Assembly: GCA_964016885.1 (NCBI GenBank)
Contig: OZ024741.1
Coordinates: 59,210,001-59,274,000, forward strand
Source of the DNA: Eledone cirrhosa
Taxonomy: Eukaryota
Reading direction: 5' to 3'
DNA length: 64,000 nt
The notes below the pieces were generated by a model. The model worked only from the letters and a program-made list of their open reading frames with translations. It did not search any database and had not been told where the DNA came from. Numbering within the stretch: the first letter of the stretch is position 1; every line of letters begins with the position of its first letter. Of this stretch, positions 1 to 13,929 are shown in pieces. Both the position numbers and the translations under genes were made by a program.

Positions 1-200
1 AGAACCACTTCTGGTTCATGAAACAAAACCACCCATTTTAATGAGTTCTTATTAAATCACAATCAACCAACATAATTTTATATAAAAACCATATGTTAAA
101 TTGTTATTGTGCTATAATGAAATAATTAATAATTTAAGTAAATCATTCACAACTCTTCATTACTCTAATGAAATACACTTATAGTAATGAGAGGGTTTAA
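1..200 (+). mobile_element. Partial, decayed TTAA-type MITE (same family as 13072-13313, 19179-19680 and 20073-20901)
   Basis: Starts 'accacttctggttc...' and ends 'agtaatgagagggtttaa', similar to the interior and right end of the 20073-20901 element. Confidence 0.4.
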
Positions 201-1184
201 TAAATTCTATGATTATGTATTTGTTCTTTGTTTTTCTTCTTATTCCTTTACTGGTTTCAATCATTAGACTCAGGCCATGCTGCAGCACTGACTTGAAACA
301 ATTTAGTTGATCATATCAGCCTCAGTACCTTTTGTCATACACAGACATAAACACACACACACACATACACACACACACACACGATGGGCTTCTACAGTTT
401 CTGTTAACCAAATTCAACTTACAAATTCCACAATTAGATGCCCCTCCTATCACCAACCCCTTTACAGAATATACTGGATGCATTTATTGCATAGATCACT
501 AACACTTGGCACAACTGAAGATCCCTCCCAACCTCTAGGATAATTATCACAAGAGAAACTACATCAATATGTGGAGCCTATACAAATAGTATATATCTTT
601 CACTATCACAACAAATATGAATGTTCAAATTCTATTCATAGGCTCTTAGTAAACTGTATTGGTATCAACTCCCAGCTGTTAAAAATAGTGCTGCCTCCAT
701 ATTTTTAAGTATGTATCATACAAACCATAAAACACCTGTATTTTTTCAATCGAAACACCAACTGTATGATTTCGCTCCACTGTAACATCGTTCCACTTCA
801 GTTGAGCTCTTATATGGTATTGATATAGCCATTATTCTTTATGAAAACACATGAAAAATAATGGAAGCTTCTCTGCACAAAGTTTTTCTTTGAGCACATG
901 GCTGAAATTTATCCGTTTGATGAAACATCACGGCAATATATAGCATGCAATTTGCAGTTTTTATGCATGACTGCAAAGAGCAGTCAGCGAGATTAAAAAA
1001 ATGTCCTATTGAACGTAAATTGGAATAGGTGTCATCGTTATCGAGAGATACATATTCTTTTCTCCAGAGGGAGGAACATCAATTGATAGAGAGGTAAAAA
1101 TATACAAAAGCAGCTACAATATCAGATATGTCGTTCCAGCCATTGTTTTTATCTATTTCATGACAAACCAAGACAAAATATAAA

Positions 1185-1188
1185 AATA

Positions 1189-1273
<85 letters not shown>

Positions 1274-1370
1274 TATACATATATATATATGTGTGTGTGT
1301 GTGTGTTATACATATATATATATATGTGTGTGTGTGTTATACATATATATATATGTGTGTGTGTGTGTTA
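1185..1370. repeat. (TA)n/(TG)n compound microsatellite
   Basis: Direct sequence; source of the spurious YI/CV ORF. Confidence 0.95.
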
Positions 1371-1714
1371 TTCATGTCTACATATGCATAAGGCCCCTTG
1401 GTCAGAAATGACCAGAGTATTTGCACCTAGAAAGTTTCCTGTCTGAGGCACAAGTCAAAGCAAGGCAAGATGCACACACACAAGCATACATTCGCATACA
1501 CACACATACATGTGTATGTGTATATGCACCCAAGCTCACATATGCACATACACACACACATGCATGTATCTTGTTAGTCGATGCAAGAGAGGTAAAATAT
1601 TCTGATTCATTTTTATTGGGAATATTTCATTATTTTAATTCCAAAAAACGTTAGGTTGGTTGCCGGTGGTCTTGAATCATGTCATCTGTAGTGACTGGTG
1701 GGTGTCTGGATATT

Positions 1715-2280
1715 TGGTGACCAAACCTGGAGAATGTATTTTGCTGTATGCGGGCATGGCTTGCATATCTCATTCCTCAAGTTGAGGCATGGACCCAGTG
1801 AAATTTTCCATATAAGCCATCTCTCAGTGTTGCTGAGGCCACACCTATTAGAATCATTAACGTAGGGTTTTCTGCTATCTTTCAGTTGATATTGTAATCA
1901 GTAGAGCCCTCTTTCAGCTTCCAAACATGGCTAGAGAGGGTCATGTACTTTTTCTCCAGTTTCTAGAATATTGCCACAAGGTTGTTGTAGCGTTCTTTAA
2001 ACTGTCATTCCATAAAACTGCTGTACCACTTTGGATTGGTGGTGAGGTCTGAGCTTGACGATTCCATTGTTGCCTCATTTCTGATCCTGCATGAACATCC
2101 AGCTAGGTTGGGTAATAGTAGCTTACTGATTATGATTTAAAGTTGGGCATTGAGCTAAAACTGACTTTAAGGTTGTGCTTATTGAAAAGTTTCCTGTAAG
2201 GCAGGCTAGATGGAAAGTGTTTATCTACTAGAGCTATGAATGTTCTACCAATGTTTATCTTAACATTCAGTGAGATGGAC
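1715..2280 (-). mobile_element. Decayed Naiad-type Penelope-like element fragment (linker plus GIY-YIG C-terminus)
   Basis: Manual minus-strand translation gives NIGRTFIALVDKHFPSSLPYRKLFNKHNLKVSFSSMPN and FKERYNN...TLSSHVWKLKE...CLNLRNEICKPCPH, homologous to the ORF ending at 46679; contains stops and frameshifts. Confidence 0.8.
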
Positions 2281-2895
2281 CTTATAAAAAACTAAACCTC
2301 ACAACAGAAATGATTAAGGATTGCAAGGGCTGGTGCTATGAAGTGCTGAAGAAGATCTGACCTACAGTATACACTGTGATCTAACCTATCTCTGTGTCCT
2401 CCTTTCACTAACACTCACTATCAGCTATTCTCAACATCACTATACTATCCCCCCCATGACCTCCCCCTAGCACTCTCTCCTCCACTAGTACTCTCTAGCA
2501 GCTATCCTCACCTAGCATGACAACCACTCCTCTGTACTCAGTAGAACCATACATAAGTGAGATGCTGATCCCTGGCCTGTCTCAGAGATCAGTAGCCCTG
2601 CTTCAGTACTGACTTGGGCTGTGTAGACCTGTCCAACCCTTGCTAGCAGGAAAGTGGGCATTAAAATAATGATGATGATTATATATATATATATGTATAT
2701 ATATATATTGGGTTGGTAACTTAAAGATACTAGCTTAATTAAAACATCAAGTAAGTGGGAAGGCTATCGAAGATTTTTCAGTCATATCTGATGGCTTCGT
2801 TTCAGTATTATATATATGTATATATATATATGAATGGGCAATACCTTAATTATATATAATGGTGTAGCGGAGATAATTCCACTCATTTGAAAATC

Positions 2896-2988
2896 CACAA
2901 GTCTAATGAGCTATCAATTCCAGAGTCAGACCTTATCACAATCAATCATACCTTGAACTGATCGATCGTGAAATGCACGTCACATGTG
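2896..2988 (+). ncRNA. Decayed type I hammerhead ribozyme motif in a (TA)n-flanked island
   Basis: cacaagt-CTAATGA-[helix II atcaattc/gaactgat]-GAAA-tgcacg-TC-acatgtg, then AATAAA; G5>A core change, so likely dead. Confidence 0.5.
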
Positions 2989-3028
2989 AATAAACATAAT
3001 GATGTTATATTGGTACTTCATTCCTGCT

Positions 3029-3580
<552 letters not shown>

Positions 3581-3819
3581 GTTTGCATTTTAGTATGGAA
3601 AGATGCTGTATAAGCACACATACGACTCATACACTTTGCCTTCCTTCCACCAATTGATTTCAGAATCACAGCCTGTAATTTATGCATCAGCGGAAAGATC
3701 CATGTTTTGCCATGGGATCTAATGCTGCATTCTTGATAGGAACTAGTAGTTTTGCAAGTAAACTGCCAGTGCTAATTCCATCAATCACATCACCAATTGG
3801 ATGTTACTAGAATGATATA

Positions 3820-5030
3820 CATTAGAAATAATCTCTCACTCGAAAACTACCCGCTTATCTCATAGAAAAAACACAGATCAAGCATTATATTTGCAATATG
3901 TTGAAGAAGAAAAAATAGTAAAATTGGCATATAAAGAAAATCTGGTATGATTTAGTAGAAACAATCAGCTAAAAAGAAGGTAGTTTGTAGTTAGGGATGA
4001 AGATTAGAAAATTAAAAGGAAAAGACATTTTTTACTTGAACTGTAGTCATCCAAATGCATATGACTATAATAATAGCCAATCATTATAAATAATATTTGA
4101 GTAACTTAGGTAAAGTATCTCTGTAGATAGTAAAAAGTGGACAGAGACACCCGCAAAGAACTGAAACTCACATTTCTCAGATGCCAGGCGAGTAGTTTAC
4201 CTGATTTTCATAATTATTATTTAGTGTGCTAAGCTATTATTATAGTCACATGTGTTGGGACGACTATATTATGAATTTTTCCCAATATTTCTTAAGTCAT
4301 GTAGAAGTTTATATCTTATATTTATTTTATATATAAGCAGTCATGGCTGTATATAGGTGAAGGCATGGCTGTAGATTTAAAGAGTTTGTCTGCTTCACAA
4401 ACATGTGATTCTGGGTTCAGTCCCACGGCATGGTACCTTGAACAGGTGTCTCCTACTAGGTGACTCCCTTGGGTTGACCATTGTCTTGTGAGTGGAATGG
4501 ATTAGATAAAAACTGTTTTGAAGCCTGTCAGATGGACTGTACCTGTAATTCAAATGTCCAGCCTTGTCACACACTGTGTTATGCTGAATCTCCCTGAGAA
4601 TTATGTTATAGATGTACATGTCTGAGGAATATTCAGCTCTTTACACTATAATACATAATAGATTGTTCCAGTAATTCAAAAGCCAGCCCTTGTTACATAG
4701 CTTGTGTCATGCTGAATCTCCCTGAGAATTACGTTAAGGGCATATATATATATATCTGTTGAACAACTACAACACTCATCATTGAAACCAACAAAAATTC
4801 ATTTGATATTTTAGAAATAATCTCCTAGTTTAAAACTATCTGCTTATCACATAGAAAATAGGGAAAAAAACACAGATCAAACATTGTACTTACAATAGGC
4901 TGAAGAAAAAAAAGCTCACAAAAATAACAGAAAAAAAATCTCGTATGATTTAGTAGAAAAATTGGCTTAAAAAAATCCAATTTGTATTTAGGGATGAAGA
5001 TGAGAAAATTACAAGGAAAAAATATTTGAT
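3820..5030 (+). repeat. Local ~220 bp diverged direct duplication (about 3820-4030 and 4810-5025)
   Basis: 'ttagaaataatctc...cacagatcaa...tatgatttagtagaaa...tagggatgaagat.agaaaatta' occurs twice. Confidence 0.7.
4340..4790 (+). mobile_element. tRNA-derived SINE (family 2) with internal duplication
   Basis: tRNA-like head 'ggcatggctgt...ctgggttcagtccc'; body 'gctgaatctccctgagaatta' present twice and shared with many copies. Confidence 0.7.
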
Positions 5031-5257
5031 ATATATTCTATATGTAAGGATTCTTGTATTTTCCAGCCTTCTAAGTATTTCCAAACTCTATAACAGCATA
5101 CAGATACTGAAGAATTAAATACTTATTTGAAAATATCAGCTATAACACCTTGTTCTATATATAAAAAAAAAACACAACAGAAACTGTAGTAATTTCTCAT
5201 GTCCTTATCTAACTATCCATTGATATACACATACATACATACATACATACATACATT

Positions 5258-5968
5258 CATGATGATGGCTGCCCCCTTGTTATCAAGTATGGCCATTGTA
5301 CGATATACCATTATGGATTGGCAGTATCGGTAGAGGGTCGGACGCCATGCTTTCCAGCACAGTTACGTCCCTTTACCATCTGAGTTCAAATCCCGCCGAG
5401 GTTGACTTTGCCTTTCATCCTTACGGGGTCGATAAAGTAAAGTACCAGTAATGCACTGGGTAATTGCTGGCCTTGTGCCTAAAGTAGAAACAATTAATTA
5501 ATTCTATCGTGCAATGCCTGTGCGTGAAGATATTTTTTAAAGTGAGAAAAGACTGTGCACTGAGCCAATCCCACTCTCTGAGCGACAGCAGCTATAACCC
5601 GAAAAGAAGAAAAGATCAACATCATCGGTAACTACTGAGCTGCAGGTTTTATATCGGAGTTATCCAAGTTTCCTGAGTTGCCTTCTCCTAGAAGAATGCC
5701 CTGACAAAGGCTAGGGGTCCTTCACTCCCAGTGGTTTAACTACGCGGTACATATCTATATCTTTATTTACACACTTTCGGATGGCCGTTGACTCTTATGA
5801 GTTCTTCCGCCCTTTGTCAGGTTTTGTTTTTTGTCCTGCAGGGTGTCCAAAATCACCCTCCTCACCAAGTAAACTTGGTGCGGTTGCTGGTTTAGTCGCC
5901 AACGACCCGACCATGTGACAGGTTGTACTGGGTTATATGTTACCAGTAGCAATCAAGAGTGACCCGAC
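5258..5968 (-). mobile_element. Non-autonomous RTE-derived element (RTE-type 5' UTR joined to a short 3' end), interrupted by a SINE
   Basis: Homologous along its length to 29768-30377; RTE 5'UTR-like 'tctag.agaaggcaa..ctc' motif; no ORF. Confidence 0.6.
5313..5497 (+). mobile_element. tRNA-derived SINE (family 1) with Deu/Nin-like domain
   Basis: B-box 'gagttcaaatccc', then 'gcctttcatccttacggggtcgataaa..aagtaccag' and tail 'ctggccttgtgcctaaagtagaaacaatta'; near-identical to 20367-20550. Confidence 0.8.
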
Positions 5969-6056
5969 ATACATTCATACATACATGTCCAAACCCATGC
6001 AAGCGTGGAAGATGGACGTTAAACGATGATGATGATGATGATACACATATGTATAT

Positions 6057-6380
6057 AGGTTGCTTTTGACTGCTACTGGTAACATTGAGTGCTACTGGTA
6101 ACCCAGTACAACCTGCTGCATGGTCGAGTCATCAGTGACTAAACTGACAACCCCAGCTAGCTTGGTGAGAAGTGTGATTTTTGGACACCTTACAACATGA
6201 AAAGTAAAACCCCTCAAAAGGCAGAGGAACTCAGAAGAGTCAACAGTCATCCCGCATCCCCTCCCCCACAAATAGACTTGCTATCATTTTAGCATCTGGC
6301 ACGTGGCACACCATGCACCTGCACAAGTAAATGCTATTTTGATGGATGGAGTGTGCATTGTGCTGCACAAGCAATGACCA
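6057..6380 (+). mobile_element. Decayed 5' part of the same non-autonomous RTE-derived element
   Basis: 'gctactggtaac..cccagtacaacctg...atggtcg.gtc...gactaaac' matches the 5' ends of the 5258-5968 and 29768-30377 copies. Confidence 0.6.
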
Positions 6381-6615
6381 CTAGGTGTCACAACAAAAAA
6401 TCACCCAGTCCACACTGTAAAGTGGTCGTGTAGGCGCCATGGTAAAAAAGCACCCAGTACTCACTGCAAATGAGGTTGGTGTTAGGAAGGGCATCCAGCT
6501 GTAGAAATCAGTCCTGTATGAGCAAGACATGGTCACCTGACCTGGAATTGCCCACAACAGGACAACCCATGCTAGCGTGAAGAATGGACATAAAATGGTG
6601 ATAATGATGAAACGA
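6380..6615 (+). mobile_element. RTE LINE 3' UTR fragment
   Basis: 'gttaggaagggcatccagctgtagaa...aacccatgctagcgtg' matches the 3' UTR at 9600-9788. Confidence 0.75.
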
Positions 6616-7216
6616 GTCATGTTCAGTAAATTGCTGAACTCTTATTTGTCATTTGTGATGAGAGAATCCACCATTATATACATATATATGTATATATGTA
6701 TGTATATATGAATACCATTTATATATATATATATGTCTAGAATCTATGGTGCTGAAACCAGCTTCTTGGTGAACACACAACACAAAACCACTTAGTCAGG
6801 ATTTTACATCTCCTCTCTCTCTCATAATTTGTTGTGCTCATAATTTTGGCATTTATTATACTGTTTGGATGCCCTTCCTAATACCAGCACCACTTTACAG
6901 CATGGACTGGGTGCTTTTATTCGTGCTACCAGCACTAGAGAGGGTGTCTTACTGGACTCAGGGGCCCACTCTACCCCTCCATTTTACAGCATGGACTAGG
7001 TGCTTTTATTCGTGCCCCCAGCACTAGAGACGTCATATATATATATATATATATATATATAACTTTAATAATAATAACAGTGTTGCTATTATTGGGTATA
7101 GACGTAACCAGAAGGTTTAAACTCAATGCAGTAGGGTTCATGCAGAGTTGATATATAAAGAATAAGAAACATGTGTTAGTTTAACAGCATATCAACTCTT
7201 TGGTGTTTCTTATACT

Positions 7217-7269
<53 letters not shown>

Positions 7270-7274
<5 letters not shown>

Positions 7275-9788
7275 AAGATATTTTACTCAATGCCTAAGAC
7301 AGTAAAGAAGAACAGATAGAGACATTCAATGTAGAAGAGAACTGGGAGTTCCTAAAAAATAACTTACTAGAGGCGACGGATGAGGTCTGTGGCTGGAGTA
7401 AGACTTCAAGCGGGAGGAGAGTGACTTGGTGGTGGAAAAATAAGGTAGATGAGGCAGTTAAGGCCAAGAGACAGGCATGGAAAGAATGGAAGAACGGGGG
7501 GAGCAGGGTACATTACATAGAGACCAATAGCTGAAGCTAGGCGACAAGTATACTTAGCTAGGAGGGAAGCAAAGGATAGAAAATTCAAGCATATTTTGCA
7601 ACGTGAGGACCAGAAACAGGAGGTGTTCAAGATTGCGAGGCAGTGTGTGAGAGAGAGTTGTGATGTCATTGGAGAGAAGTGTATCCGGAATGATAAAGGT
7701 GAGCTTGCCCTCACAAGTGCTGAGAAGAAAGATACATGGAAGAGTCATTATGATAGATTACTAAATGAGGAGAATGCATGGGAAGAAGAGACCCTACCCC
7801 AAGTAGACCCTATAGAGGGGCCAGCAGCAACGTAGTAAGTAAGGAAATCAAAGATATGAAGATGGGGAAGGCAACCGGTCCATCGGGTATAGCTGCCGAG
7901 ATGCTGAAGGCATCTGGGTCTGCAGGTCACACTATAATCACACGTATTGTTAACCAGGTAATACTAGAAGGTGTCATACCAAAAGATTGGTGCAGTAGCA
8001 TCATTGTCAACTGCTACAAAGGTAAAGGTGATGCACTAGATAGAGGAAACTATAGAGGTATAAAGCTGATGGACCAGGTCATGAAAGTAACAGAAAGAGT
8101 TATAGCACAGTTGATTAGGGACCGGGTGAAAATAGACGAGATGCAATTTGGGTTTGTACCAGGAAGAGGCACCACTGATGCCCTCTTCCTTGTGAGGCAA
8201 TTACAGGAAAAGTACCTAGCTAAAAGTAAGCCACTCTACTTGGCATTTGTCGACCTTGAGAAAGCCTTTGACAGAGTTCCACGCGCTGTAATCTGGTGGG
8301 CTCTTAGAAAACTAGGAGTAGATGAATGGCATGTGAAAGCGGTACAAGCCATGTATAGGGGAGCAGTCAGCAAAGTTAGGATTAGCAATGAGTATAGCGA
8401 GGAATTTAGCGTACAGGTTGGGTCCACCAGGGCTCTGTTCTTAGCCTCCTCCTGTTCATCATAGTCCTGCAGGCAATAACAGAGGAGTTTAAGACCGGAT
8501 GCCCATGGGAACTCCTGTATGCTGATGACCTCGCACTTATAGCTGAATCTATGGTAGAACTAGAGAAGAAATTCCAAACTTGGAAGCAGGGACTAGAAAG
8601 AAAGGGTCTCAAAGTCAACATGACAAAGACTAAGGTCCTTGTAAGTAGACGAGAAAACAGAACCCAGATCCCCTCAGGGAAATGGCCTTGCTCAGTATGT
8701 AGGAAAGGTGTAGGTAGGAACTCCATTCTCTGCCCCAAATGCAAACAATGGGTACACAAGAGATGTAGCGGGATCTCAGGAAGCTTAATTAAGAATGTAG
8801 GATTCACATGCAGCAGCTGTGCTGGGACAGCAAGCAGCAAACAGCCACAGGAAACAAGTACCACCAATCTCTGGAAGGGCTCTGTAGAAACAGTAGACAG
8901 CTTCTGCTACCTAGGTGACCGAATTAGCAGCGGAGGTGGGTGTTCAGAAAGTACAATAACTAGGGTAAGAACGGGATGGAAGAAGTTTAGGGAACTACTA
9001 CCACTGCTAGCTGCAAAAGGCTTCTCCCTCGAAATGAAAGGCAGACTGTATGATGCGTGTATCCGAACAGCGATGTTGCATGGTAGTGAGACCTGGGCGC
9101 TGAAGGTGGAAGACTTACGTAGATTAGAGAGAAACGAAGCCTGCATGCTCCGATGGATGTGTAACAGTAATATACGTGAACGACAAAGCATAAATGAATT
9201 GAGAGAGAGACTGAGCATAAGAGGAATCAAATGCTGTGTGCAGGAGAGGCGGTTGCATTGGTATGGACATGTGATGCGTATGAAGGATGACAGCTGCATA
9301 AAAAGGTGCAGAGCACTAGAAGTCGATGGAAACCGCGGAGTGGGGAGACCCAAGATGACCTGGGATGAGGTGATAAAAGCCGACCTTACCCAATTACACC
9401 TCTCAAAGACGATGACACATGACCGTGACCTCTGGCGTCACGCAGTAATACAGAGTACCCGACCTCCCATGGGTACAAGCTGAAGCATATAGACAATATG
9501 CCCCCACGCCCCCCACCGCAAGGTGGTCGTGGAGGTGCCACGGCAAAAAAGCACCCAGCCCACACTGTAAAGTGGACGTGTAGGTGCCACGAAAAAGCAC
9601 CCAGCACTCACTGTAAATGAGGTTGCTGTTCGGAAGGGCATCCAGCTGTAGAAATCAAGCCAAATCAGTTCCTGTATGAGCAAGACATGGTCAGCCAACC
9701 AGACACTGCCCACAACAGGACAACCCGTCTAACCCATGCTAGCGTGGAAGAACGGACGTAAAACGGTGATGATGATGATGATGATGAT
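7270..9788 (+). mobile_element. RTE-clade LINE family A, 5'-truncated, frameshifted RT pseudogene with 3' UTR and (GAT)n tail
   Basis: ORFs 7596-7835, 7778-8464 and 8551-9483: NYRGIKL, QFGFVPGRGTTDA, FVDLEKAFDRV, YADD at the ORF junction, RRLHWYGHV, GRPKMTW; (TA)n on both sides. Confidence 0.95.
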
Positions 9789-11604
9789 ATATATATATAT
9801 ATAAAGATCATCATCATTGTTTACATTGTTTACATGTTGCATGGGTTAGATAGTTTGTTACACTCTGAGGCTAGACTAGTCAGTCAGGTGACTGCATCAC
9901 ATTCATATGTGCTATTCTGGCATTATTTTTGTTGCTGGATACCCTTTCTTATGCCAACTACTTGACAGCTTATATAAGAGTAGTCAATATTACATTATTG
10001 AGATTCTTGCTTGTAAATCTCACCACCATATAGAAATGATCTCTTCTTTCTTATGACACTTTAAATGTCACCTTCATAGTTGCATGATTTCAATGCTAGA
10101 GGAATTAGTTCGAAATTTCTGAACACAAGCTGTTTATTAATTATCATTATACATGATAACAGTGCCTCAGCATGGATTTAGCCCAGTGACTAGAACAAGT
10201 AAAAGAATATACCATTTGGAAACATGTTAATTTAAAATTTAAAACTGCATATTGAGAAAATGAAAGAGAGGGTGAAGAGATATACAATTATACCTAGTAG
10301 TAGTGGTAGTGGTGGCGGCGGTGGCAACAGCAGTGGTGGTGAACAGTGCCAATAATAATAATCAGAGCACTATGTATGATAAAAAATTTTGAACAAAAAC
10401 ATAGAAGCCATACCAGGGTGTAAAGTTACTATCGATTCAATAGCATAATTCAAATAGAACAATCTTCACATGCAGCACACACACTTTATACAATAAGCAC
10501 CTTCTAAAATAACATCTCACAAAACATTATCCTCTTCATCATCCTTTAATGTCCACTTTCCCTGCTAGAAGGGATTGGACAGGTCTCACAGATCAAGTCA
10601 GTACTGAAGTAAGACTACTGACCTCCCAGACAAGCTGGGTGTCTGCATCTTGCTTGCATATGGTCCCACATTCTATCAAGTACATCTTATCGTATCACCA
10701 GCACTAAAGAGGTTGTTGTGTCTTTGATGTAACTGAAATGTACTCCCAACCATTTGTTTGGTAAACTTTCAATGGCTGGATGTTCTTCCTATCACCAACC
10801 ATTTTACAGTATGTAATGGGTGTATTTATCATGTGAGTTACCAACACTAGGGAGGTTGTCACAAAGTTCACACAAGTGAAGGGTCCTCTTCATTCATAAA
10901 TTCATAAACTGAAATGTGTATTTTAAATTTTAAACGTTAACACTGAATAGCTAAAACTTAAAGGAAGCTCTGAAAGAAATTGTACCTAAATAATCTGTTT
11001 TGTGGGAATTTAATGGCTTAGAAGAAGAATGATCAAGCCTATAACATTTTTCATGGCTTCTAAAACTAGTGGGAAGAAAGGAATAAATTATTCTTAAATA
11101 TGTACTCTGTCAAATGTAGCTCACAAGAGCCCTCTGGTGATGTTAAACCCAATAACAGATTAAGTCTGTTTTACTGGAATAGGCACAGTCATTCAGATGG
11201 GAGACCAGACAATTTACACTTACCAAATTTCTTTAACAAGTTAATGGTTAACTCAAAGCTGTTGTAAAGACATTTCACTATAATGTCCCTCAGTTGGATA
11301 TAATGTGCAGATATTCATAAATTTACAAAATGATTAATTAAAATTTAACTTGTAATGTCTTGTACTACACAAAACCACATTAGCAATCGATTCTTGAAAA
11401 TTACAAAACAGCACTATGACTCTATCACATTAAAAATTAAAGTCTTTACTCAATTATTGTAAATTTTCACAACGATATGTCTACTAGTAAAGATACTATA
11501 AACATATAAATTTAAAAAAAAACATTTTTAGATATATTCAGGATGTAAAAAGTTAAATGTCACATTCAAATGCATTGCATCAGTTGTGCTGTTGTTGGAC
11601 CTCT

Positions 11605-11890
11605 TCTATTCCAACGATGAGTTATCAATAGTACAGCCTGCTCTTGAAATTAATGTGAAAAGTGGATGAGCATTCCACAGACATGTATACCCATAGTATA
11701 GCTCTGAGCAAGATTCAGCATGACACAGTATGTGACAATGTTGGTCCTTTAAAATACAAGTAGAACTCCTTTTTGCCAATTGAGTGAACTGGAACAATCT
11801 GAAATAAAGTGTCTTGGTCAAGGATAAAGTGCACCATTACAAAACTGAACTCATAACGTATGATCATGAGCAAAGCCACTAAGACACAGG
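11605..11890 (-). mobile_element. SINE family 2, decayed
   Basis: 'gagcattccacagacatg...gattcagcatgacacag...gaaataaagtgtcttg' shared with other copies. Confidence 0.7.
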
Positions 11891-12189
11891 GTTGTTGAGC
11901 TGTCAATGGATTTGTATTTTAAATACTGCCATAGAGTTACTACTATGATGTTTATAAACAGAAAACCAATGCACTATTGGCGATTTTGGAAAATGAATTT
12001 GAGATAGGATCGACAGCATAATTATTACTTTTTCAATTCTGAATCAAATATTTTCATTATTTCTTGAATCATTCAAATAACAAGAGAGTTGGGAATTTGG
12101 AAATGATGTTCAGGAGACTAAATATGTAATTGAAATATAGAAAAGGGAATGGAATGGGCATTTGTTGGTTTGTATGATAAATATTCGAA

Positions 12190-12460
12190 TTGTTCAGTCA
12201 ATAGAACAGCCTGCTTATATAATTAATGTGCAAGTGGCTGAGCATTCCACAGACACATGTACATTTAATGTAGTTCTTAGGGGAGATTCAGCATGACTCA
12301 GTGACAAGGCTGTCTCATTGAATTATAGGTGCAACTCATTTTTTCCAGTTGAATAGATGTGAAGTTAATTGTCTTGCTCAAGTACAAAATGCTCATCCAG
12401 AGATCAAATTTGTACTTGCAATCATAAGCCAAACACTATTACCACCAAACAATGTGCTTT
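12190..12460 (-). mobile_element. SINE family 2, decayed
   Basis: 'gtggctgagcattccacagacac...gggagattcagcatgac...gtcttgctcaag'. Confidence 0.7.
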
Positions 12461-13071
12461 CACAATGCACTCATGTACACAGGCACAGAAATAAGCAGAA
12501 GAAGATCCAACATTATTATGATGCTATTACAGCACATCTAACATGTGTACCAATAGCAAAAGTCTAAATAATTAATAGTTGTTTAATGTGTCTTGCTGAA
12601 TATCCCTGAGAATTTAATTTGAGTACCTCAGTTGCTCAATGGTGACATCATCAATTTGCAGATAATATTTAAATTGTTTATGTATGGTATGTGCCTCGGG
12701 AAAAACTTTTTACCTGAACATTGAAATTTTAGGAAGACAATACCATTCATTAAGATGCCTTTCCACATGATTTATTAAATGCTTCAATTTACCTTAGAGG
12801 CTTCTCAGAAATCATACAGATGTTCAACTAATAGTAAACTGTACCTTTCAATACAGATATCCATTTAAATTTGAAGTTCTATCAGAATGATAAAAGTATT
12901 CATTACATAAAAAACAGTTTACAAGGAATTTCTGCTGCTGAGACTCTTCAATAGGATGTGAGCATCACTGATTGTTGATGTTTCTATGGTTACTGTCTTA
13001 ACAGTAGTGATACGTTGTATCCACAATTGCACTTAACTCTCTTTCTCTGTGTTCTCCTAGCTGCTAATTAA

Positions 13072-13313
13072 CTTTTTTGTTACCATATGTCTAATGAAAG
13101 GCACTGCTTGTGGCCTTCAATTAATTTTGAAAATAGGAATTTGGAGGGATTTAGTAATACAAATTTTCTCATTATTAAGCTGGTGTTGGAACATAACAAA
13201 GGTTCTTACCTAAAATTATGATGGAAGGTTTTTAGATGAATATAAACACTTAAAAAAAACAGCTTAGTATCATAAAACCAGGGGCAGTTTCAGGTGGTTT
13301 GATATCAAAAGGG
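13072..13313 (-). mobile_element. TTAA-flanked (piggyBac-type) MITE
   Basis: TTAA at both ends, one terminus 'aaagggTTAA'; reverse-complement homolog of 20073-20901. Confidence 0.6.
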
Positions 13314-13432
13314 TTAAATTTCCCTGAAAACAGTGGGTACATCGCATAATAAATAAATATTTAATGAATGGGTAAGTCCATTTAAACATCTGAAAATAGC
13401 AAAGGAGCCCCCACCTCTGTTCCTGAACAAGC

Positions 13433-13770
13433 AGATGTACTATGGTGCAATTGTTAAATATGGTCATTCAACATGTGCCAGATGTGCTTTGGTGCAATGA
13501 TTAAATGTGGTCATCTGGCATATGTCAGATATATTATGGTGTAATGCTTAAATGCAGTTGTCTGGCATACACCAGATATGTTATGGTGCAATGTTTAAAC
13601 ACAGTCGTCCAACATGTACTAAATGCATTATGGTGCAATGATTAAATGTTTTCAGCCAACATATGCCTGATGCATTACAGTGCAATGGTTAAGTGCAGTT
13701 TTCTGTCATACACCAGTTGCATTATGATGCAATAATTAAATTAATTCATCTGGCATATGCCAGCTGCATG
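13433..13770. repeat. Minisatellite, ~47 bp unit, about 7 copies
   Basis: 'tatggtgcaatg.ttaaatgcagt..tctggcata..ccagatg' recurs at about 47 bp spacing. Confidence 0.85.
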
Positions 13771-13929
13771 GTTTGATTCCTCTCCACTTTTACCATCTCC
13801 AGGGATGTGTTACTTAACTAATTCTACTATTATTTATAGTTATCTATATTGTAACAGCAGCTACCAAAAAAGTAAAACAAACACTCACACACATATATAA
13901 TATTATTATTATTATGTTGCTATTATTAT

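Noticed and set aside
3620-3810. Exon-like segment on the minus strand with AG/GT ends
   Set aside because: Stops in all three frames and no recognisable protein
13433-13770. Regularly spaced repeats resembling a CRISPR array
   Set aside because: The whole 47 bp unit repeats with no unique spacers; eukaryotic context and no cas genes
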